A stretch of 58,503 bases of DNA from the NCBI GenBank assembly GCA_016190215.1, contig JACPRA010000024.1, positions 1 through 58,503 on the forward strand, given 5' to 3'. The position numbers and the translations under genes were made by a program. The stretch's first letter is position 1. The number at the start of each line of letters is the position of its first letter. Origin of the DNA: Candidatus Omnitrophota bacterium. Lineage in GTDB: Bacteria > Omnitrophota > Gorgyraeia > Aquiviventales > Aquiviventaceae. The notes below the pieces were generated by a model that was not told the origin of the DNA, searched no databases, and saw only the letters and a list, made by a program, of their open reading frames with translations. Of this stretch, positions 22,533-30,976 are shown piece after piece.

Positions 22533-23743
22533 CTCGATCGCTCCGCCGCCCTCGCCAACGCCGCCGGCTTGCCTGCCCCGCGGGCCGTCAAACCCGGCAC
22601 GCGATCCGCCGCCGTCCGCAGCGCGGCGACACAGCAGTCAATCTCCTCAGGGCGCGTGAAATACCCGGGGCTGATTCGGATCGTTCCCTTGGGAAGCGTC
22701 CCGATGGCGTGATGCGCCCCCGGCGCGCAATGCAACCCGGCCCGCACCGCAATCTGGTGCGCCTCATCCAGCCACGCGGCCACGGCGCCGGGCTCGCAAC
22801 CCTCGACCGTCACCGACACGACGGCGACGCGGTCCGCCAACGCGGCAGGTCCGTAGACGATGAGGCGAGGGTCCGCCCGACACCCCTCCAGCAAGCGCGC
22901 CGTCAGCGACAGTTCATGCCGGCGAATCCACTCGACTCCATATTGGCCGATGAATTGGAGCGCGGCGCGCAAGCCGGCCAGCCCCAGCGTGTTCGGCGAG
23001 CCGGCTTCCATGGCATAGGGCCAGACCTCCGGCTGCAGCGGCAGCTCGGAGAGCACCCCGGTCCCCCCCTCGCGCCACGGGCGGAGCGCCGCCCGAGGCC
23101 CAACGTACAACCCCCCGGTCCCGGGCGGGCCGAGCAGCGCTTTATGGCCGGGGAATGCCAGCAGATCAATCCGGCTGCCCTGCACATCAATCGGGACCGC
23201 GCCGGCCGTTTGCGAGGCATCCACCAAGAACAGCCCCTCGCGCGCCCGCACGATGGCCCCGATGTCCGCAATCGGCTGCAGGGCTCCCGTCACGTTTGAG
23301 GCGTGGAGGACCGCGACCAATCTGGTCCGGACCGCCAAGGCCCGCCGGATCTCGTCCGGATCCACCACGCCTTCCGGGGACACCCCGACGCGCGTCACGC
23401 GGATCACCCCGTCCTGCTCAAGACGGTTGAGCGGGCGGGCCACCGAGTTGTGCTCCGCAACGGTCGTGACCACGTGATCGCCCGGCCGAACGCTGCCCTT
23501 AATCGCCATATTGAGGGCATCGGTCGCGTTCAACGTGAAGGCGATGCGCTCCGGCGCCTCGGCATGAAACAACTCGTTCAGCAGCCGGCGGGTTTCTTCC
23601 AGCAGCCCGTCGGCTTCGCGCGCCATCCGGTGGCTGCCCCGCCCCGGGCAGCCGCCATAGCGCTCCAGCGAGACGCGCAGCTGCTCATACACGCGAGCCG
23701 GTTTTGGAAACGAGGTGGCGGCGTTATCCAGATAGACGGCCAT
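22529..23743 (-). CDS. Class V PLP aminotransferase, cysteine desulfurase family
   Basis: YLDNAATSFPKP, EHNSV, HASNVTG, FPGHKALLGP, RAGLHCAP. Confidence 0.88.
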   Translation of the reverse strand: MAVYLDNAATSFPKPARVYEQLRVSLERYGGCPGRGSHRMAREADGLLEETRRLLNELFHAEAPERIAFTLNATDALNMAIKGSVRPGDHVVTTVAEHNSVARPLNRLEQDGVIRVTRVGVSPEGVVDPDEIRRALAVRTRLVAVLHASNVTGALQPIADIGAIVRAREGLFLVDASQTAGAVPIDVQGSRIDLLAFPGHKALLGPPGTGGLYVGPRAALRPWREGGTGVLSELPLQPEVWPYAMEAGSPNTLGLAGLRAALQFIGQYGVEWIRRHELSLTARLLEGCRADPRLIVYGPAALADRVAVVSVTVEGCEPGAVAAWLDEAHQIAVRAGLHCAPGAHHAIGTLPKGTIRISPGYFTRPEEIDCCVAALRTAADRVPGLTARGAGKPAALARAAERSR

Positions 23744-23970
23744 CAGTAGTAGCGCCGCGCCTCCCACAGCAACAGGGCCGCCGACAGCGCCAGGCATCCC
23801 AGTCCGACCCACAGGGTCACGGTCAGCGGCACGTCATAGGTTCCGATGCGCAGGGGGACGCGGACCACGAGCCGCGCCAGATGGAGCAGCCCCGCGATGC
23901 CGAAGAATCCGGAGAGCCATGTCGCCCACCAACATCGCGACCACATCCCGCCGCCCATCACGCGGCGCAC
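23743..23970 (-). CDS. Small two-TM membrane protein
   Basis: Two hydrophobic segments; stop overlaps the desulfurase ATG; start may be 23946. Confidence 0.65.
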   Translation of the reverse strand: MRRVMGGGMWSRCWWATWLSGFFGIAGLLHLARLVVRVPLRIGTYDVPLTVTLWVGLGCLALSAALLLWEARRYY

Positions 23971-25715
23971 TCCCCGGTCTCAGATGCCAACTGGAAGGGC
24001 TCGCTGGCGCCCAAATCCACGAAGAGCGACGCGTCGGAGGCGGCATCGCTCACGTCCGCCGTCTCACGAAGCAGGCGCCCGACCGCCTCAAGGCCGACCC
24101 GGTCCACCGCGGCGGAAAACGTTTCGCCGGGGCGCTTCTGCTCGTCGTACCACCGCACCAACCGCGTGAGGGCTTCCGGCGCTCGACGGGCCGGGACCCT
24201 GGCCAGCCGCTTGCCGAACGTTGCCGCGCCTTCCCCTGCCGACCCGCCGACCAGGATCTGATAGCCCGGAAGATACCGGCCGCCGACTTTGATGGCCGTG
24301 CCGAAGCATCCGATGTCGGCGATGAGGTGGTGGCCGCAGGAGTTCGGACATCCGGAAATCTTCACCGACACCGGCGCATCCGCCAGCGATGACAGGCCGT
24401 TGTGACAGAGCGCTTCAACGGCTTGCGCCAGGCCTTTCGGGTGCGTCATGGCCGACAGGCAGGTATCGGCGCCGGGACAACGCGTGACGTCCGCCAGCCG
24501 CCCGGCGGATGATTGCGCCAGCCCCATCCGATCCAGCGCCTCATACACCTGAGCGAACCGCGAGCCGGGCACGTCGCGGAGGAGGAGATTCTGGGTGGCC
24601 ATGCAGCGAACCCCTAAGGCGTGCTCTCTCGCGAGCTGCGCCACCCCGCGAAGCTGCGAAGCGGAGAGATCCCCGAGGGGGACCCGAACGATCACGCTGA
24701 GCCACCCGGCGCGCCGCTGCGGAACCACGTTCGTCAGCCGCCACTGAGGCGGGGCCCCGGCCGGAAGGGCTTCATCCGCGGCGTGGTCCCTCGACGTGGC
24801 TCGGGATGGTGAGCCTGCCGAACCACCGCCGGCTTCATCGTCCGCCGTCTCCACATCGGGAGGCAGCGCGCTGAGCATGCCGCCGGGCTGCGTGGCCCAC
24901 ACCAGCGATCGCTCCCGCACGACCGCGTCCTGGAACGCCTCCCACCCCAAACGCTCGACAAGGAATTTCAGCCTCGCGCGAGCCCGATGCGTCCGCTCGC
25001 CCAGCCGGTCAAACACCCGCAACGCCGCCTCGATGGTCGGCAGGAGCAGCGTCGCGTCCGTCCATGGCTCAAGCAGCCGGGCGGCGCGGGGCGCGGAGCC
25101 GAGGCCGCCGCCGAGGTAGATCCGGAACCCCCGGATGCCGTGTTGCCGCGCGGCCACCACCCCGATATCGTGAATCGCGGTCCGGGCATGGTCCGTCCGG
25201 CAGCCTTCAAAGGCGATCTTCACCTTGCGCGGAAGCAGCTGGGTGAGCGGATTGCGCAATAGATACTCGCTGACGGCGCGCGCATAGGGGGTGATGTCGA
25301 ATGGCTCCTCCCTCGACACGCCGGCCCAGGGGCAGCAGGTGACATTGCGCACGACGTTGCCGCTGGCCTCGCGGGTGGTCAACCCGGCACCCGCCAGCAT
25401 GCGCAGCAGCGCCGGCAAGCGCTGCCGTTGCACGCCGTAGAGCTGGACGCTCTGGCGTGTCGTCAGGTGGCAAGACCGCGTGGGTGTCAGGCTCTCGCAG
25501 ACGTCCGCCAAACCGTCCAGGTGCCTCGGCTGGAGGAGGCCCAGCGGAATGCGCACCCGCACCATGTGCGCGCTGGTGAACCCTCTCATCCGGTAGATGC
25601 CGTAGTGCAACCGCAGCGTCCTGAACACGTCGGCGTTGAGCCGGCCCTGCTCAAACCGAGCGAGCTGCCCGGCGAAGTGAAGGAATTCTGCGTCAACGAT
25701 CGCGCGCTCATCCAT
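23958..25715 (-). CDS. Second siroheme/[4Fe-4S] nitrite/sulfite reductase paralog
   Basis: HLTTRQSVQL, LPRKVKIA, RCPGADTCLSA, SGCPNSCGHH; same GECAA C-terminus as 4728-6521. Confidence 0.87.
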   Translation of the reverse strand: MDERAIVDAEFLHFAGQLARFEQGRLNADVFRTLRLHYGIYRMRGFTSAHMVRVRIPLGLLQPRHLDGLADVCESLTPTRSCHLTTRQSVQLYGVQRQRLPALLRMLAGAGLTTREASGNVVRNVTCCPWAGVSREEPFDITPYARAVSEYLLRNPLTQLLPRKVKIAFEGCRTDHARTAIHDIGVVAARQHGIRGFRIYLGGGLGSAPRAARLLEPWTDATLLLPTIEAALRVFDRLGERTHRARARLKFLVERLGWEAFQDAVVRERSLVWATQPGGMLSALPPDVETADDEAGGGSAGSPSRATSRDHAADEALPAGAPPQWRLTNVVPQRRAGWLSVIVRVPLGDLSASQLRGVAQLAREHALGVRCMATQNLLLRDVPGSRFAQVYEALDRMGLAQSSAGRLADVTRCPGADTCLSAMTHPKGLAQAVEALCHNGLSSLADAPVSVKISGCPNSCGHHLIADIGCFGTAIKVGGRYLPGYQILVGGSAGEGAATFGKRLARVPARRAPEALTRLVRWYDEQKRPGETFSAAVDRVGLEAVGRLLRETADVSDAASDASLFVDLGASEPFQLASETGECAA

Positions 25716-25908
25716 GAGCTGACGCTGGCTGGGGGGCTTGCTTGCGGCGCGCGCGCACGATGCGTTCCGCCTGGAGCCAATCCTCGACATCGCGGCCGTC
25801 CGTTCGCCCACGCTGTTCATACAAAGCGTGGGCGACACCGGCGATTTCATTGGCAAGGGAGTCCTGGCGCGGCTTCCGGCCCTGCGGTGATGATGCGGAA
25901 CGTGGCAT
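25708..25908 (-). CDS. DUF2934-like small protein
   Basis: IAGVAHALYEQRGRTDGRDVEDWLQAE; AGGAGG RBS. Confidence 0.8.
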   Translation of the reverse strand: MPRSASSPQGRKPRQDSLANEIAGVAHALYEQRGRTDGRDVEDWLQAERIVRARRKQAPQPASAHG

Positions 25909-25998
25909 CGAGCCTCCTGAGGTTACGGCGTCACCTGCGCGATCCAAGAATACAGCATAAGCCTTCGGAGGGAGCGTAGCGGTTTCGTGAGGCGGGCA

Positions 25999-26016
25999 CT
26001 ATGACCGGCGTCATAC
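25999..26016. promoter_or_regulatory. Crp/Fnr-type palindromic site 2
   Basis: CTATGAC-CGGC-GTCATAC; TACGCT lies 20 nt downstream on the minus strand. Confidence 0.8.
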
Positions 26017-26053
26017 AATCGTTCCCCGCCGGGTCATGGGAGAGGGGTGAAAG

Positions 26054-26083
26054 CCCGGCGAGGCCGAAGCCGGCCTCGCCGGG
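26054..26083 (-). terminator. Hairpin after nirK
   Basis: Perfect 13-bp stem CCCGGCGAGGCCG with a 4-nt loop, followed by CTTTC on the minus strand. Confidence 0.65.
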
Positions 26084-26092
26084 TGACACAAT

Positions 26093-27142
26093 CTAGGGAT
26101 GCACGAGACACCCGGCGCAGGTCGGCGCATCGTCCTGCGACAGGTAAATGTCATGCCGCGGTTTGCCGTCCACCTGCAGAAATCCCACGCCCCCTTTTTC
26201 CACCCGGAAGATGGCGTGGTCCACCAGCGTGTAGGTGCCAGGCACCTCCACGCCGAACTCGACGACGGTCGCTCCGCCGGCCGGCACGAGGGTCGTTTGG
26301 ATGCTGCGGGCGGGCGGGCTGATGAGATCGGCCTCGCGATAGACGCGGTCGAACACCTCCCCGATGACGTGGAAGGAGGAAATGAGGTTCGGCCCGACGT
26401 TGCCGAAGTAGATGCGCACCCGCTCGCCGGTCTTGGCCGTCAAGGCGCCTTCGCCCATCAAGGCGCCGACTTGGCCGTTGAACACGACGAACCGGGGGTG
26501 TTCCAGCGCCCCCTGTTCATGGGAAAACTCCAAGTGCGTCGCGCCCTCCGCCGGCTCCTTCGCGTAGAACTCGCTTTGCAGCACGTAGAACTCCCGGTCC
26601 ACCGGCGGCAATCCCGCCTTCGGCTCCACTAGGATCAATCCATACATGCCGTTGGCGATATGATCCATCACCGGCGGCGCGGCGCAGTGATACACGAACA
26701 ACCCGGGGTGCAGCAGCTTGAACCAGGCCACCCGCTCCTCGCCCTGGGTCACGGTGGTGACCGTCGCCCCTCCGCCGGGGCCGGTCACGGCGTGGAGATC
26801 CACGTTGTGCGGCATGCCGCTGCCGTCGCTGTTGGTGAGGTGGACTTCCAGGGTGTCGCCCTCGCGGGCTCGAATGAAGGGGCCCGGCACGTGATCGTTG
26901 AAGGTCCAAAAGGTGTAGGTGAGGTCGCTGGAGATGCTCGCCCTCTTCATTCCGGCATCCAACCGGACCCGCACCACCGCGGGTTGGCGCCGGGCGATCG
27001 GGGGAGGCACGGCCGGAGCAAACGTCAGGACCGCGTCCTCGGGCGACGGAGCGGGCTTCGATTTCGACTTCGCCAGCGCTGCCGGCAAGCCCAGCATGAC
27101 GGCCATCACGCCGATCAAGGCAATCAGGACGTACCGCCGCAT
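26093..27142 (-). CDS. nirK: Copper-containing nitrite reductase
   Basis: Signal peptide, PHNVDLHAVTG, YHCAAPPVMDHIANGMYG, SSFHVIG, LVDH; AGGAGG RBS. Confidence 0.93.
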   Translation of the reverse strand: MRRYVLIALIGVMAVMLGLPAALAKSKSKPAPSPEDAVLTFAPAVPPPIARRQPAVVRVRLDAGMKRASISSDLTYTFWTFNDHVPGPFIRAREGDTLEVHLTNSDGSGMPHNVDLHAVTGPGGGATVTTVTQGEERVAWFKLLHPGLFVYHCAAPPVMDHIANGMYGLILVEPKAGLPPVDREFYVLQSEFYAKEPAEGATHLEFSHEQGALEHPRFVVFNGQVGALMGEGALTAKTGERVRIYFGNVGPNLISSFHVIGEVFDRVYREADLISPPARSIQTTLVPAGGATVVEFGVEVPGTYTLVDHAIFRVEKGGVGFLQVDGKPRHDIYLSQDDAPTCAGCLVHP

Positions 27143-27194
27143 CGAGCCTCCTGGTTGAGTGACATGCCGCAGACGGGAAGACACCGGGGACGAA

Positions 27195-27392
27195 CTATGA
27201 CGCAAACGGCCAGCACCCGCCATCCATCGTGAACGCGCATTCCTTGCCGAAACAGTCGAGGTCCTTGTCCAGGCAGTTGACGATCTTCCAGGCGCCGTCG
27301 GGCGCCTTGGTCAAAATAGCCCATACCTCGCGCTGCATGAGCGCGCATCGGCACGGCTGGTATTTGACCTGCGTCGACTGGGACGCCTCCAT
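27195..27392 (-). CDS. Small 4-Cys protein, paralog of 11308-11508
   Basis: AAGGAGGG RBS; first gene after palindromic site 3; REVWAILTK..WKIVNCLDK..CF..CAFT..GGCWPF. Confidence 0.82.
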   Translation of the reverse strand: MEASQSTQVKYQPCRCALMQREVWAILTKAPDGAWKIVNCLDKDLDCFGKECAFTMDGGCWPFAS

Positions 27393-27440
27393 CGCTTCCC
27401 TCCTTGTTGAGGGCAGCATATCCCGCCGGCGGACGCGTGA

Positions 27441-27458
27441 CCATGACGGTGGTCATAT
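27441..27458. promoter_or_regulatory. Crp/Fnr-type palindromic site 3
   Basis: CCATGAC-GGTG-GTCATAT; TATGCT lies 20 nt downstream on the minus strand. Confidence 0.8.
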
Positions 27459-27470
27459 TGATGAGCGGAG

Positions 27471-29150
27471 TTAGCGGAGAGAGTTCCGGCGGGCGGACGC
27501 GATGGCGACCCACGCCATGAACGCGGCTTCGAAGACGAGAAAGCCGATCAGCAGCGGCGGCAGCGGCTTGGCATGGCCGCCCGCATAGCTGTGGAGGCCG
27601 ACCAGATAGAAGCTGACGCCATAGTACGTCATCAGCAGGAGGAAAAATCCGCCGATGGTCGCCAGCGCGAATGCCGTGCCGCGGATCCAGCCGGCGAACC
27701 GGCCGTGAAAGACGGCGAGAAACCACAGCAGCGTGATCAGCGCCCAGGTTTCTTTCGGGTCCCATCCCCAGTAGCGGCCCCAGGAGGCATTCGCCCACAC
27801 CGCGCCGAGCATGATGCCGCCGGCGAGCAGCACGACGCCGACCTGCAGCGTCCGATACAGAAAGGTCTCCAGGGATTGCCGCGTCTGCCGGGTCGCCCGC
27901 GAGCTGACAGCGGCCACCCCGTAGCAATGCGCCAGCACCGTCGCCAGCGCGAGCGCGCCGTAGCTGGCCACGATGGTCAGCACATGGATGGTCAGCCACA
28001 GGTTGCTGCGCAGCACCGCCACGACGGGAGAAATGCTGGAATCCAACGGCACCAGGTCGGCCAGCACCAGCGTGATCGCCGCCAGGATCGCAGCCGATAA
28101 CCCGAAGAACCCGGCCCGGTACATCCGCTCGAACACCACGGCGATGACCACCGCCACAAACGGCAGCCACAGCATCGTCTCAAAGAAATTCGACACCGGC
28201 GGGCGCCCGCCGAGCACGACCCGCAACAGAATGCCCGCCAGATGCACGCCCCCCCCAGCCCACAAGAGCGGAAGCGCCCATCGCCCGAATGCTCCCGCCT
28301 TGCCCCGGCTCGGCTTGACCTGAACGAGCTGCAGCAGAAAGCACAGCGCCGCCAGCGCATAAAGCAGCCGCGCGAGGTGGAACGGCTGAATCCGATTGTA
28401 GGCCACTTCCAATCGCAGGCGCCATTCCGTCGGGTAGGCCGCGGGATTGGCCGCGCGCAGTGTGGCGCGCAGCTCGCTTGCCGCCGCCTCCGCCTGCCCC
28501 GGCGCGCCGTCCCGCAGCGCGGCCACCAGGCCGGACCAGGCCTGGCCGATCCGGGCGCCCTCCTCCGGCGAATAGCCCTCCGGCTGCATGATGGACGTCC
28601 AGGCCTGCCCGGCCGGCGCGCCGTGCGGCGGCACCATGTCCAGGCGGTGCTCCAGCACGTTGCTGAACGCCACGAAGCGCCCGAAGAGATCCATCGTTTC
28701 CTGCTCGAGCATGGAGAGCTTCTCGTCCTGTTGCTGCTTGGCGATGATGGCCGGCAGCATCCGCATCAGCGCGCGGGTGGCGATGATTTCGTTATAGGAG
28801 AGATACGAAGCTTTGCGGTCCATCCCCAACGCCTCGCGCAGCGGCACGAACGGCACGGAGATCAGGCGGACGTCCTGCCACAGCTCCGGCTGCGAGAGGA
28901 TGCCGGCCGCCGTGTCCACCGGATCCTGGCCGCGCCAGCGGGCGGCGCCGGTGATCTCCCGGACGGTTTCCCGCGCGAAGCTGTCCCACGGCTTGAAGCG
29001 GCCGCCGTGCTGAATGGCTATCGTCCGCACGATCGAGGCCGCCGGCAGCGAGAGCCGCGCCGGCCCCCCGGCCGGCTCGTCGGCGCCCGCGCACATCGCG
29101 CCGGCGGCGAGCATCGCCGCCGACAACATTACCGTCCGGATGAGCTTCAT
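27471..29150 (-). CDS. ccsA: Cytochrome c biogenesis protein CcsA/ResC (system II)
   Basis: WWD domain LGAVWANASWGRYWGWDPKETWALIT, WLTIHV, GLHSYA. Confidence 0.92.
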   Translation of the reverse strand: MKLIRTVMLSAAMLAAGAMCAGADEPAGGPARLSLPAASIVRTIAIQHGGRFKPWDSFARETVREITGAARWRGQDPVDTAAGILSQPELWQDVRLISVPFVPLREALGMDRKASYLSYNEIIATRALMRMLPAIIAKQQQDEKLSMLEQETMDLFGRFVAFSNVLEHRLDMVPPHGAPAGQAWTSIMQPEGYSPEEGARIGQAWSGLVAALRDGAPGQAEAAASELRATLRAANPAAYPTEWRLRLEVAYNRIQPFHLARLLYALAALCFLLQLVQVKPSRGKAGAFGRWALPLLWAGGGVHLAGILLRVVLGGRPPVSNFFETMLWLPFVAVVIAVVFERMYRAGFFGLSAAILAAITLVLADLVPLDSSISPVVAVLRSNLWLTIHVLTIVASYGALALATVLAHCYGVAAVSSRATRQTRQSLETFLYRTLQVGVVLLAGGIMLGAVWANASWGRYWGWDPKETWALITLLWFLAVFHGRFAGWIRGTAFALATIGGFFLLLMTYYGVSFYLVGLHSYAGGHAKPLPPLLIGFLVFEAAFMAWVAIASARRNSLR

Positions 29151-30910
29151 GTGGTGGCTCCTGCGCGCCGGCGCCTGGGTCGAGGGGCGGCCTGGCGGTT
29201 GCGCATGGTGAACAAGCTGACGACCCCGCCGATGACGACGAGAAATCCCGCGTAGACCAGCGGCGTTCCCGGATCGTTGCGGACCGACAGCACCGTCGTT
29301 TCCACCGCTCCGGGAATAAAGCTGGACTGGTAAAAGCTATAGCCCCGGTACCGCAGCGGATTGTTCATGCTGATCTTGCGCATCAGCATGAGCCCGCGCT
29401 CCGGATCGCTGAGCTGGACATCGCTCTCGAATCCGGCGGCCATCTGGCTTCCCGGATACTCAATTTTTCGAAAATCCAGCAGCTTGATGCTCATCGGCAG
29501 ATCGCGCTGCTCCGGGCGATACTCCACCGTGATGGGTTCCTTGCCGAGGGGCAGTTGGGCGGAGCCGTGCAGCGCCAGCCACGCCTGGGCCGTGTCGCCG
29601 CCTTCTTGCGCCGTCACGTGGATCGCCTCCCGCCGCACATCGCTGCTGCGGTTGGAAAAGCTGGTCACGATCTGCGTGTGCGTGGCGATCTCAACGACCT
29701 CAATCTCATAGCCCAGCCAGGGGTGGGGATACCGCTCGCCGGCGCGAACCGCCCCCAGGCGCTTCCGCTCGCCGGCCGGGCCGGTCATCACCCCTTCCAG
29801 CTCGCCGGAGGGCAGGCGGAGGATGCCGAGGGCATTCGGCGGCAAGCTTCCGCCGCCGGCGGGATGGCTGTAGCTCACCTCAGCCGGGATGGTCTTCGAC
29901 CAGCCGTGCATGGAGGCGATTTCGGGATGGAACGCGAAAAGCAGGTGCGTGTCGGTGCCCTCCGGCCCGCTCAAGAGGAAGGCCACCGCCGGATTGTTGG
30001 GCTGCTCGGAGCGGCTGCGCGGCCCCTGGTCGGTCAGCGCGAAATCCGCGAAATAGTCTTTGAAGATCACCGTGTACGGCGTGCCGGAGAGCTTCACCGG
30101 CTCGCCCATCCGCTCCGGCACCGGCACCTCCACGGCGCGGGAAGGCGCGGGGAGGCGGATCGTCACGACGCCGCGGGAGGGCGCCGCCGGCGCGTCGCGG
30201 CCGAGCAGCTGGTCCGCCTGCGCCTGGGTCTGCGGCTCGAGAAACAGCAGATGCGCGTCCCCCCAGCGCACGCCGAAGCGCTCCGGATCGCGGGCCAGCA
30301 GCCACAGTGTCTCCGACTGCTCCGCATGGCGGACGGTCAGCCGCACCGCCGGGGCCTCCTCGCCGCCGCCGGCGACGACCTGCTCCTCAATCAGTGCGTC
30401 CGGGTAGTAGCGGTCCACCACGAGCGTCAGGTCGCGCCCGTCCAGCGGCACGCGGTAGAGCGCATGCGGCTCGTGCGCCCAGGCCCGGGTGTCGAACTCG
30501 GTGGGCAGCACATGGTGCGTGCCGGGGTTCGGTTGATGCACCACCAGCACGTTGGAGGGCAGCCGCATCGTTTTTTCCGACTCCCCTTCCGGAATCAGGA
30601 GCTGGCCGTCAATGCCGAACCGCCCGCCGATGATGCCGCCGACGAGAATGCAGATGATGCCCAGGTGGGCCAGCAGAAACGGCAGGTGCCGCCGCCGCCA
30701 GGGACGGCGCAACCAGGCCGCCATCGCCAGGTTGGCCGCCAGGAACGCCAGCAGCGACTGAAACCACCACGCCCGGTACACCACCCGCTGCACGGCGGCG
30801 GTGCCGAAGCGGGTTTCATAGATGGTCGCCCACGCCAGCACGGCCGCAATGGCCAACAGCAGCGTGACCGCGATGCGCAGCGAACCGAAGAAGCGTGTCA
30901 ACCGTTTCAT
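29147..30910 (-). CDS. Cytochrome c biogenesis protein ResB/CcsB-like
   Basis: FFGSLRIAVTLL, LAHLGII, ISMNNPLRYRGYSFYQSS, DPGTPLVYAG. Confidence 0.85.
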   Translation of the reverse strand: MKRLTRFFGSLRIAVTLLLAIAAVLAWATIYETRFGTAAVQRVVYRAWWFQSLLAFLAANLAMAAWLRRPWRRRHLPFLLAHLGIICILVGGIIGGRFGIDGQLLIPEGESEKTMRLPSNVLVVHQPNPGTHHVLPTEFDTRAWAHEPHALYRVPLDGRDLTLVVDRYYPDALIEEQVVAGGGEEAPAVRLTVRHAEQSETLWLLARDPERFGVRWGDAHLLFLEPQTQAQADQLLGRDAPAAPSRGVVTIRLPAPSRAVEVPVPERMGEPVKLSGTPYTVIFKDYFADFALTDQGPRSRSEQPNNPAVAFLLSGPEGTDTHLLFAFHPEIASMHGWSKTIPAEVSYSHPAGGGSLPPNALGILRLPSGELEGVMTGPAGERKRLGAVRAGERYPHPWLGYEIEVVEIATHTQIVTSFSNRSSDVRREAIHVTAQEGGDTAQAWLALHGSAQLPLGKEPITVEYRPEQRDLPMSIKLLDFRKIEYPGSQMAAGFESDVQLSDPERGLMLMRKISMNNPLRYRGYSFYQSSFIPGAVETTVLSVRNDPGTPLVYAGFLVVIGGVVSLFTMRNRQAAPRPRRRRAGATT

Positions 30911-30976
30911 GAACGTAGGGAGATGATAGCACATTGCGCCGGCGGCTCCCACACCGCTTTTGCCGTCGTCATCGCA

